DNA of 64,000 nucleotides from Haliotis cracherodii. Its lineage: Eukaryota. The stretch lies in assembly GCF_022045235.1 (NCBI RefSeq), contig NW_027266308.1, forward strand, positions 15,624,001-15,688,000, written 5' to 3'. The notes below the pieces were generated by a model that had not been told where the DNA came from, did not search any database, and saw only the letters and a list, made by a program, of their open reading frames with translations. Shown in pieces: positions 1-10,237 of this stretch. Made by a program: the position numbers and the translations under genes. Every line of letters begins with the position of its first letter. Positions within the stretch are counted from its first letter, which is position 1.

Positions 1-809
1 ACATTAAGCTGACACGCCGCGATATAAATGTAATACAGTTATAAGCGGCGTTACACCCAACTCAATCACTCACTGAAACCAAAACAATAGAGCTCCGCAC
101 AGCAAGTTCGACAACCCAAGCCCTGCGCATATCTCGCTTCGGTTATGTTTTCATTTGAGGCAAACTGAAAAAAGCCGTGATTTTTTCATACGGAAGGGTT
201 ACAAAATGCTAATTGCCAGCTTTATTGGATTGGAAGGCAGTGTTTATCAAAGCAAGGATTACAATATAAATGCCTCGGTCGTATGTAGCCATGGAATCAT
301 TCAGCTACCCAGAGTTCCTTTTGGTCAGCCGTGTACCTCTCTGCCACATTTTTTTTACACAGTCCATTCAAGATAATGCATGTTTGTCATCTACATATTT
401 AGATAAACATATGTCATGAAATGTATAACTTTCATTGAAAATATTTGCACTGGCGTACTTATCCTTTGTTTTCATTGGGTGTACTGCTCCACGTGCTGTG
501 TAGCGCTGTATTGTCATGCGCGTAACTGTCGCCGTGGTAGGAGAAAATCTACATGATTAAGCTAAACAGTATGAATAGTGCACCGAGAGGCTTAAATTGG
601 ATTCGTATCTTCTTATTTCAGAATAGGTGCGTTTGTTTACAAAAGTGACATGAGGTGCAATGGGGTTTAAATTCGCGTTCAAGATTATTGCATGCACGTG
701 AGTGTGTGGCAGCGTATACTACTCGCTTACTATTGGGGATTTAGCGTGCGCTTACCGACATAATGCGTATTTCTCACACGGTTTTACTACTCGGGACTAA
801 TGACGATTT

Positions 810-1070
810 TATAGTTTTATAGGCCACTGAGATACCATGTCACAGTTTAACATGAATACCCCACTCAGACACAGTATACTGACTACGAGCCGACCAGTCC
901 TTGTTTTAGTCCCTTAATACCAAGCGCCAGGCAGGGTAACAATCGCCAGGCAGGGAAACAATACATATCATCTCTTAAAATCTTTTGCGTATGACGCGGG
1001 CGGGGATCGAACCACCGACATTTCGCTCTCCGGGCAGACGCTCGAGCCACTAGGCCACGAAGATGGACCC
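810..1070 (-). mobile_element. tRNA-derived SINE, family S3 (partial)
   Basis: Matches the 16736-17085 copy (gataccatg..cagtttaacatg..actcagacacagtatactgact..gagccgaccagtccttgttttag). The tRNA-like head with B-box GGTTCGATCC is on the minus strand. Confidence 0.75.
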
Positions 1071-1099
1071 CTTGGATCAAGGATCCAGGCCATCTGGTC

Positions 1100-1370
1100 T
1101 GGACCCTTAAAGATCCAGCGTAGAATAGGTCTTCAGCAACTCATACTTGCCGTAAAGGGCGACTATGCTTGTCGTAAGAGGTGACAAACGGAATCAGGTG
1201 GTCAGGCTCGCTAACTTGGTTGATGCATGACATCGATCCCAATTGCGTGGATTTATGCTCATGAAATCAATCAGTGGATTTTCTGGTCCAGACTCGATTA
1301 TTTACAGGCCGTCGTCATATATCTGGAATATCGCTGAGTGCGGCGTTAAACAACAAACCAACTAACCAAC
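1100..1370 (+). mobile_element. SINE family S1
   Basis: gaccc..aagatcc..agaataggtcttcagcaac..cttgtcgtaagagg..ggtccagactcgattatttacag..gcggcgttaaacaacaaacc; seven copies in the window. Confidence 0.8.
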
Positions 1371-2008
1371 CATCTGGTCTGATAATACTTCTATCCTCGT
1401 CATATAAACCGAGGAGCTTATACCTCTCAGTTGATTTTATCATATGTTTGATTTTGTTAAAAATATCTTAACCCAACGATATTATATCCTAAAACTTAAC
1501 TGTACTGTCTCTGAGACAGCACTCAAAGTATGAAAATTAATAAAGTTGCTTTTTTCGGTGCAGAGTTTCATTTCAAACATGGTAGGATTCATGTGTAAGC
1601 AAATTCAATTTTTATCCCAGTCTTCATTGAACCAGTTTAATTTTACATCAACTTACCCAGCCACAGATTAATTTTCACTAACTGTTGCAGGAATGAGGGA
1701 AGGTTAAATTACACTAAATTATTTAGTTTAAAATCGGCTCCAAACTCCAACCAGAGTATTAGAATGTAAGATAAAAGGTTCCTCACCAACGCGGGCTAGT
1801 AGTCGCATGTATACTCACACGCAAAAGAAACGCAAGTCGAGTATGCAGTGTACATGTTATTTATTTTCAACAGTAAAGACAAGAAATACTAATAGGGCAA
1901 GATTGACAAAAAATTGATTGAAGACAGTTTAATGGATTAAAAGGCAGATGACATAATTGTTTTTTTTTCAAATGTTACACAGTTTCGGGTCAATACCCAA
2001 AATGTCAG

Positions 2009-3046
2009 TCAATACCTGGTGTGACCACCATTAGCATTGATCACTGCCCCACATCTCATGTACATTGAGTGGGTCAGACGATTTGTGAAGGCCCTAGGGA
2101 TCCTCCTGCACACATCCAGAGCAGCTGTGCGTAGTTCATCGGCAGTTGTAGGGACTGGGCGCACATTGTGCAGACGCCTTTTAACCTCATCCCACAAGTG
2201 TTCGATGGGGTTCAGATCAGGGCCGAGGGCTGGCCACGGTAGAACACGGATGTTGTGTTGTTGCAGAAAGGCCATGGTAGTTCTGGCAACATGGGAACGA
2301 GCGTTGTCCTGTTGGAAAATGTGTTGTTGATGTTGTACAATAAATGGAACAACGTTGGGGTATGATCACTTGGTCGATATACCGCTTAGCAGTGACGCCA
2401 TGTCCCCGACCTTGACCAACATTAGAGAGCACATGGGTCCAAGTCTCGCATTAAGTCCAATCCCTGCCCATATCATGACGCTAGGTCCACCCCATGGATC
2501 CCTTTCCACAACGTTTTTGTCAGTGAAACGATCACCTCGACGCCGCCAAATTCTGACTCTTCCGTCAGCATGGGAGACACAAGAGCGACTTTCATCAGAG
2601 AAGATGACACGCCTCCACTCACGATGACGCCAATTGTGATGACCCTGTGCCCACTGAAGTCGTGCTTGTCGATGCCGTGGTTGAAGAACAGGACGACGTG
2701 CTGGTCGGCGACATCTGAGGTTGTTGGAACGGAGACGTCGGATCACAGTGTCCCTGCCAATGTGTCGATTATGTGTTCCTATGGTCTGTCGAGCACTTTC
2801 ACTTCCAGTTAGGAACGGATGTCGCTGGTGTTGACGGGTAATCAGCCGATCTTGTCGAGGTGTGGTGACCCTAGGACGACCGCTTCGAGGAAGGTCATCT
2901 GTGGTCTGTGTAGCATTCTATCGATGCAGGAGACGGTAAATTGTGGTTATGTTAACGTTGAAATGACGGGCGACATCTTGGACAGACTCTCCAGTTTCCA
3001 AACGTCCGATAGCCTGGTTTCTCTGAATTTGAGTTAGGCGTGGCAT
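2009..3046 (-). pseudogene. Tc1 transposase pseudogene
   Basis: N-terminal HTH region MPRLTQIQRNQAIGRL.., then VIFSDESR, FQQDNARSH..GPDLNPIEHLW with 34 residues between the second D and the E. Premature stop at 2918-2920 and frameshift(s) around 2350-2430. Confidence 0.92.
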
Positions 3047-3137
3047 TGTTGACGAATGAATGGTAGGTCCAAGAATCGGCCACAGTTTTATACCCACTAC
3101 AGTTCGTGACAGAAATGGGTGCATGATACCCACATAG

Positions 3138-3428
3138 TCATTGAAATGGTGCGTTTTGGCGATTCGTTTTTTATGTTGCGTTTTTACTCGGGGCTTCTAA
3201 AATGCAACCAAAAATATTGATAACACCATCAGGCTTCACAACATGCTAAAACTCGTATCAATTTATGGTTCCGTGTTTGTGACATATTCATTGAAATGGT
3301 GCGTTTTGGCGATTCGTTTTTTATGTTGCGTTTTTACTCGGGGCTTCTAAAATGCAAACAAAAATACTGATAACACCATCAGGCTTCACAACATGCTAAA
3401 ACTCGTATCAATTTATGGTTCCGTGTTT
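3138..3428. repeat. 150-bp-period direct duplication inside the Tc1 5' region
   Basis: tcattgaaatggtgcgttttggcg..ccgtgttt at 3138-3278 and 3288-3428, nearly identical. Confidence 0.9.
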
Positions 3429-3482
3429 TTTACCTATTTGCTTAAAAACACTTGCGTTTCTTTTGCGTGTGAGTATATTTAC

Positions 3483-3877
3483 TAGGGGTGACTATTGGTC
3501 TGGAAATCACTATTGCGATAACTATTGATATTGAAAGCCACTGTTGCGATAAATTTAGATAGTTTTCAGTGTATCGTTTTAGATTTTTTAGTTGAATTAA
3601 ACCTTGGAACTGAAGTTTCCTTTGAATGTGATAACCAACACAACAAATACAAAGTAAAGTTGAGGTATTACTATTCTGTTTTTTCTTTACCCTAATAATT
3701 TAAGAATTTAGTTTTTCTGCTGTGAGCGTGACTCAATCGTATGATATGGTAAATACAATCGAAACTATCGATATTTCTAACTGAAATCGATACTATTGAT
3801 CAGAAACTCATTTAACAATCGATTTATTGACTTTAAGTGCTTACTAATAGCAATATATCAATATTTCGACACCCCTA
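3483..3877. mobile_element. hAT-type non-autonomous element (MITE)
   Basis: Termini TAGGGGTG...CACCCCTA. 8-bp TSD GTATTTAC (right copy 3878-3885; left copy split by the Tc1 insertion). Confidence 0.75.
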
Positions 3878-3964
3878 GTATTTACTGTCGCTAATGAAGG
3901 GGACTTTGACTTTATAACACTCTTCCGTAAGTGATGTTGTTTGCGTCTCCATGTGTATATATGA

Positions 3965-4200
3965 AGAGAGCCTTTAACAGTATTTCTGTTATATCACGGC
4001 CTGTCAGCTTCATGTGGGAGTTAATCCCAAAGTGATGCAGGTCTGAGAGGTTTACCCCTTTTGATGAAACCTTGAAACATAATCAGGGCGAACTGGATCC
4101 TGACGCGTCCGAGGGACGCAACTCTGCACAACGGGCTAGCGGAAATTTTACTGCAGTCACTCACCCGCTCATCCACTGACCGACTCACACCCAGGCAATG
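3965..4200 (-). mobile_element. SINE family S4 (degenerate)
   Basis: Similar to 25370-25605 and to the reverse complement of 6283-6533 (tttaacagtatt..atatcacg..gtcagctt..tgtgggag..aagtgatgcaggtct). Confidence 0.65.
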
Positions 4201-5017
4201 CTGACATGTATAACGACGAGGCATCATCGCCTGGGGTTCGTCTGACCAGACGCACTCGTTCTAGTCGTGGCCGCATAATTGGATGTCCGTTTCAAAAGGT
4301 TATATTTGCACAATATCAACATTTCCACATTACACGTATTATGTTTTTGTCATGTATAATGTTAGATATTTTAAAAGAGAAATGAGTGTAATCAATGGAA
4401 TACATCAATCCGATACACTTCGTCCCACGATCCGATATGCAAATATGGCCACCAAGCAAAACTATGTTTTATCTCCATATATCGAAGACATCGTAAGAAT
4501 ATAGTAAGAATAACATATTATGATACAGAGATTATTACCGTCGTGTGTTTCCGAATGGTACATAAGAAATAGTAGAATACAAGTATATAGGTTCGAGTTA
4601 GCCAGATATTACTATGTTTTACCAAGATGTCTGTATTGAAATCTGATTGAAACTGTTTACCCGTTCATGAGTAATACCGTACACAGTCACCTGGTGAATG
4701 CACCGTGTTCGTGATGTATGTGTCATGTACAGTATAACCTTAAAATATCAAGTCCCGGGGATCATCAGAAATAGGTGACGTTAATTTCAGACGATGACAT
4801 ATGGTTTTATGTGTCAGACATGTAACACTTGAGAGGGAAGACAATACAAACTGTTAGAAATATGTGAGTCAGATTCATTGTGCGTGAAATTTTGGAAACA
4901 GTTTTCAGTAAGGCGATAACAGGTGAATTAAGCGAGAAGATGACACACACTGCACAGGCAATACAAATTGTACTCAGTTGTACTCCGACGACCAGTATCA
5001 AGCAAGTGATATACATA

Positions 5018-5220
5018 GTACTTACTTACTTACTTACTTTGGAGATTTAACGTGCGCTTTCCGACTGATGCGTATTTCGCACACGGGCCCGGTCAGGCCA
5101 TTTAATGGTTTCCGAAAGGGGCGAAATTGGTGTGCGCAACCCAAGAGGGGGCTTTAGAGGTTGCTTATATAGAATTTGGGAATTTTCAGATTTGGAATAG
5201 ACGCCGATGGGGTTGGGGAG
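5018..5220 (-). mobile_element. 3' end of an I/Nimb-clade LINE with (TAAG)n tail
   Basis: Reverse complement matches 37166-37384 (gggcccgtgtgcgaaatacgcatcagtcggaaagcgcacgttaaatctccaaag(taag)n). Confidence 0.8.
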
Positions 5221-6282
5221 GTATATATAGTGTGGTTGACTTATAAACACTACCCTTGTGTATACATAACAAGCTTCTCTTCTCTACTCCAGTATAACAA
5301 TATCTACTCTACTGTATAAACATTACCTCCTACTTGTATATATACTTGTCAACCACACTATGTATATCACTTGCTTGATATCGGTGTCAGAGCCTACACC
5401 GAAACGTCGCTCTTAATTGTAAAATAGAAGTTGTTCATCCATAAATTCGTATCCTTTCTTAGTACTCCAACTAATCAAAGAAGTTAGGGCTAGAGTACCT
5501 TTCCTTTGACAAAGGGCAGTTACTCTAGCGGACAGACCGATGGATTGCCGCGAGAGGCATGTAAAAACGATTGTTGTTTTGCGTATATATTGCTTCGCCA
5601 CTGTATTAGAAACAGATTTCAATTGGAACTATATTGACCACTGTCCGACTGACACATCACTTACCCTGTGACATAATAAATATTTATCTTACATATTGTA
5701 AAAACAAAGGTCATAGGTCACTTTTCTCGAAACTTCGTTTAAGTTATCACAAACTAAAAATTGAAAATTGATAGATATACAAAAACACCAATCCCATTGG
5801 AACAACGTCTCTATGAAACGTGATGTCTCAGAAGATGAACAACATCACGCCCTGTCTTACGTTATACAACCGAGAAAGAGAATCACAAATAATCCTCAAT
5901 CATGGTAAAAGAAATTGGTAGACTCTGTTAATCGGAACAGTTCTTAATAAGTTTACCAACAGTTATCCAGAAACAACTTCCAAGATCTCTTATCATATCA
6001 ATAATTACAAACAAATTCCTTTATGTACAACATTACCATAGTTTTGCTCTATTCTCATATTGTTTCAGTATCATTATAATACACTTGTCTTGAAAAAAAT
6101 TGTTATAATGTACCTCCTTTGTATGTTGAAAGTTCCTGTGTTTTTTAATTTTCGTTTATTGTGCATGTATTTTGTCGTTTGTGATCGTGTAATATTGCCA
6201 CTGTTTCTTCATGGAATGTTCCGCAATACATATCTCATCTAAAACATCTTTGTTGGATTATAGTTTCTTACAGTTGTGTACG

Positions 6283-6533
6283 GGGGTACGGTTGGCCCAG
6301 TCGTCTAAGGTGCCGCAATTCGCTATGCAGAGTTGTGTCTCTTGGGCACGCCAGAAACCTATGACAGTGTGTTTGAATCTCGGTTTTGTTGTCAGCAAAA
6401 AACCCGTGCTCGTTGGTTTCACCAAAGTGGTGAACGTCTAAGACCTGCATTACTTCGGGCTTTCCTCCCACATCAAGCTGCTAACACGGAATGCTATTCA
6501 AAACGGCGTTAAACCCAACTCACTCACTCACTC
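6283..6533 (+). mobile_element. SINE family S4
   Basis: tRNA-like head (tggcccagtcgtctaagg), gggctttcctcccac core and ggcgttaaacccaactcactcact tail. A tail-only copy lies at 1-75. Confidence 0.7.
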
Positions 6534-7324
6534 TTGAGTACGGTTTCGTTTGGTTAACTGGGTTTGTGTTATGATTGCTTCCGGTTCAGATTTGAAGTAT
6601 GTTTAGAAGAATGTTACTTTGTTCAACCCAAACATCGTTAAGATATCATGCAACCGTATTATCTTTTTGGAAAATAATTGCCAACTACAGACCAACCTGT
6701 TGATTTCCTATGTATCCAGAAGCAAAGAACATATACGGGTGTATAATCTCTGCCGGAAATTAAAAAAACCCTGTCAAGACAAAAAAACCCATGCAGAACC
6801 GTAAACTGCCACATGAAACTGTATGAATCATACATTACATACAGTGGACTATTTGAAACAATACTGTGCACAGCAAGCGCCATACATGTGATTATGAAGA
6901 CAATTCATTACAAATTTCTGAAATCAAACCCGCTGTTTTACATATGTTATTTATTGAACATACTTTATAGAAGCCCGGTATTTAATCGTGTTGAATAAAA
7001 TGTTGCAATAGCAGTGTGCAAGTCGAAAGATTGAGAGCGCGTGACAGGCTTGACCTGAATTCCTGGAACCTTTCTCGATGGCTGCCTGAATAACATACGA
7101 TACATTGCAATGGTAGTGTGCAATAGAGCTGTTCGGGTAATCACTCACTCTCAGTGATACAGCTTGGATAAGATACGATGTACAGCATTGCAGGTCAGTG
7201 CGTGATAAAGGTATATACAACGCCTATAGCTAAAGGAGATAATCGCTCAATGCGCAATAATTTATTCTGACAAAAATATAGACCGGTTAATATATACCGG
7301 ATATATATTTCCCCTATATTTTCC

Positions 7325-7570
7325 TTAAAGATCCAGGGTAGAATAGGTCTTCAGCAACTCATTCGTGCCGTAAAGGGCGACTATGCTTGTCGTAAGAGGT
7401 GACAAACGGAATCAAACGGAATCGGGTGGTCAGGCTCGCTAACTTGGTTGATGCATGTCATCGTAACCCAATTGCGTGGATCGATGCTCATGATATTAAT
7501 CACTGGATTGTCTGGTCCAGACTCGATTATTTACAGACCGCCGTCAAACAACAAACAAACAAACAAACAA
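7325..7570 (+). mobile_element. SINE family S1
   Basis: Same consensus as 1100-1370; ends in (AAAC)n. Confidence 0.8.
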
Positions 7571-7924
7571 ACAGAAAAGCAAGACAATTTTGAAGTATCT
7601 CTTATTGGTGGAAAAGTTTATCATCAACATTTCACGCACATGATTTGCAAATTTTGTTTTGGTAACCGTGTGGCTTGAAATTTCAAAGAAACAAACATGT
7701 CGACATACGTGCTATAAAATTAACCTCTCCCGTATAACAAAGTAAACTTGTTAATGTAGTACATTGCTGCCCCCCACCCCCCGACACACACACACACCCC
7801 ATCGTATATTCCGTGTCGTCTGCTCACTGATACAATCTGCTCTGCTATAACTAGTTACAATAAGCAGCATCAATAAGTATGAGATTCTAAGTATCTAAAC
7901 ATATTAGACATTATGATGAGCTGA

Positions 7925-8125
7925 AGTGAGGGAGTTGGTTTAACGCCGCTTTATTACATTATTTCCAGTATATCCTCCTGTGGGAGGAAAGCCCGGACAT
8001 ATGGTGCTGACAAACCTAGAAAACATCATCAGGGCGAATCTGGGATTCAAACTCACGATCATAGGTTTCTGGTGCACCCAGGGGATGTAACTCTGCACAG
8101 CGAATTGTGGCGCCTTAGCCGACTA
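7925..8125 (-). mobile_element. SINE family S4
   Basis: gtttaacgccgcttt..tgtgggaggaaagccc..ggtgctgacaaacctagaaacat..cataggtttctgg, as at 25370-25605. Confidence 0.65.
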
Positions 8126-9171
8126 ATGAGAATCAGGATGTTACTATGTGTGACCGGGCTGATTGCGTGTCATTGCACCCTGACAACGTGGATGGTTGTT
8201 AATGCTATCGACCACCTTTGTCTAACGACTTTAGAGACGGTAAAAGAGGCGTTATCCATACAAATGTCATGCCCTTATCATTTACTAGTTTCTAAGTACC
8301 TATGTAGAATTCGGAGTCATAGTCATCCCATATATAAATGTTAGCTCTCCAATACCGGGAACAACCTCACAATACCTATGTGAATTATAGAATGGATAAA
8401 TGCTATATTCATATATGGTCGTCATGTGTTGGGGTCATCTTCAAGGATCCCTTGCAACGCTTAAACTCTGCTGCTTGCCTCGTTACGCTGACATAAGAAG
8501 AGGGCATCCTTCCCAAATGTTGCACTCAAATCTTCATCGGTGTTGTTTTGTTTTACGCCATTTTTCTCCAAGTTCTTGGTCTAGTTCTATGTGTGTCCCA
8601 GAACTTAATCAACCCTCGTATGTGTTGATGCATGTGTTTATGAATCACTATCAAATAGTGATGATACCAGATGTTCGCGAAAAGGTGGGCATATATTGCC
8701 CCACCGGCAGCACACGTCACAAACACCTGTAAAGGCAAATCAGTTGTTCTCCTACAGAAACACGGGAACATATTGTACAAGCCAAAAACTCATGACAAAC
8801 GTTAAAATGACAGTCACCATATTTATTCAAACCTCAACAAGAACAAAATCACAATAGAAAACACATAACAAATAAGGAACTTTTGCCACAGAAGTATGTT
8901 CCGTAAAGACAGATCGAAGCATACATTCGATGCATAGGGATACATGAGGTAAACCAAAGTCATTTCTCGGTTTATCTCAGCTGAAATAAATCATAGATAA
9001 AATTTATAAAGGCACGAGCTCGGAAGTTAAACACTTCTTATAGCACTAAGGGTAACAGCTGCAAGCAGTATCACAGTTTGGGGAATTGCAATTCATGCAA
9101 TTTCAATTTTGTCCCTTTGTCACTTTGCATTGAATGGAAATTGAATTCATCTAGTGTTGACTCATGAACAG

Positions 9172-10114
9172 TTAATAATTTGAAAATGAGCCACTTCTGC
9201 GTCTGAAAATCTTCTTGATAATGTTTGTGTTCTTTTTCCTGAACTTGAGAGCGGAGAAGACGACATGCTGAAAGACCTCCTTCAAACCCTTGTGGTCGCG
9301 AGCGGAGCACTCCACATAGCAGTCAGCACCAATGTCCTTGGCCAACTGGAAACCCTCGTCCGTGGAGACCTCGCTGTCTTCATTCCCGACTCGGAGGTCT
9401 ATCTTGGTGCCCACGAGGATGACCGGTCTCTTCTGTTTGGTGTGTTTGGAGTGTCTCTTCAGTTCAGGCATCCACACGTCATTGATGCTGGCCAACGTTT
9501 CCCGGTCACAGGTGGAGAAACAGAGGACCAGGACTTCACTTTCCTGATAGGAGAATGCTCTTAGACTCTCAAAACGTTTCTGGAAAGGGAAAGAAGGAAC
9601 CATAAGTACTTTGTAATGTAGAACAATGCAGAAAAAATGTAAATCTTAAAATTGTTCATAAACAATGCAGAAAATATAGACAATCAAAATGATTAATAGA
9701 AACTGTTAGAGATCTAACTATGGATATAGAAAGAGGAAAATATCAGTTCTATGAAAGGGTAGTTAATCACAAGCCTATTTTTGCATTAAGAAAAAGTATA
9801 ATTCAAACAGGAAATAGATGGAAATCTATAAAAATTAATAAACATTTTGTAAATCGGGTGTCTCATCCCGTTACGCTAAAATCTAACTTGCTACATACCT
9901 CGGCTGAGTTGTCGAACATGCTGATGACAAACTCCTCTCCAGCGACATTCAGAGGAACGACATAGTTGTCAAACACTGTGGCTTCATAATTATCCTTGAA
10001 GGACTTCTCAGCATAGCTCTCGGAGATGCTGGTCTTTCCGACCATCCCATCTCCCATGATGGCACAGTACAGGAATTTCTTATCGAGGTTCTTCATAGTA
10101 ATTCCTCCCTTCAT
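9172..10114 (-). CDS. Atypical Rho-family GTPase paralogue A (Cdc42/RhoJ/RhoQ-like), 207 aa, 2 exons
   Basis: Exon1 10114-9899 (72 codons; donor GAG|GTATGT), phase-0 intron 9898-9580 (319 nt; acceptor ttccctttccAG), exon2 9579-9172. G1 GDGMVGKTS, switch I YEATVFDNY, G3 DNSAE, G4 TKID, G5 CSAR; ends RRRSGSFSNY. AATAAA at 8827-8822. Confidence 0.93.
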
Positions 10115-10172
10115 CGTGAGTTGTTAGTTTGCAAAGCTCGGATCGATTGTACTGTCGCGAAGTGATGTCTTG

Positions 10173-10237
10173 TTATATACTCTGATTCTACCAATCAGAA
10201 GCTAGAACAAGATGACTCGTGGCTAGACGGCCACGTG
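10173..10237 (-). promoter_or_regulatory. Core promoter of gene A: E-box, inverted CCAAT, TATA
   Basis: On the sense strand: CACGTG (10237-10232), ATTGG (10195-10191), 11 nt, TATATAA (10179-10173), about 60 nt before the ATG. Confidence 0.7.

Larger units (their letters stand above)
1812..3475 (-). mobile_element. Tc1-family (DD34E) DNA transposon, full length but defective
   Basis: Perfect 26-bp TIRs (TACTCACACGCAAAAGAAACGCAAGT at 1812-1837 and its reverse complement at 3450-3475). TA TSDs at 1810-1811 and 3476-3477. Confidence 0.95.

Noticed and set aside
1440-1730. Inverted similarity to about 10620-11000 as part of the gene duplication
   Set aside because: No link to GTPase exons or promoters; more simply an old dispersed repeat.
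9265-9564. Conserved antisense ORFs (MLKDLLQTLVV.., MSLANW..) opposite every exon 2
   Set aside because: Shadows of the homogenised sense CDS; no independent evidence of function.
9172-10114. Assigning the symbols CDC42, RHOQ or RHOJ
   Set aside because: Too diverged (G3, insert, tail); orthology needs a phylogeny.
10191-10237. ER-stress element (CCAAT-N9-CCACG) in the promoter of A
   Set aside because: The spacing is about 35 nt, not 9.
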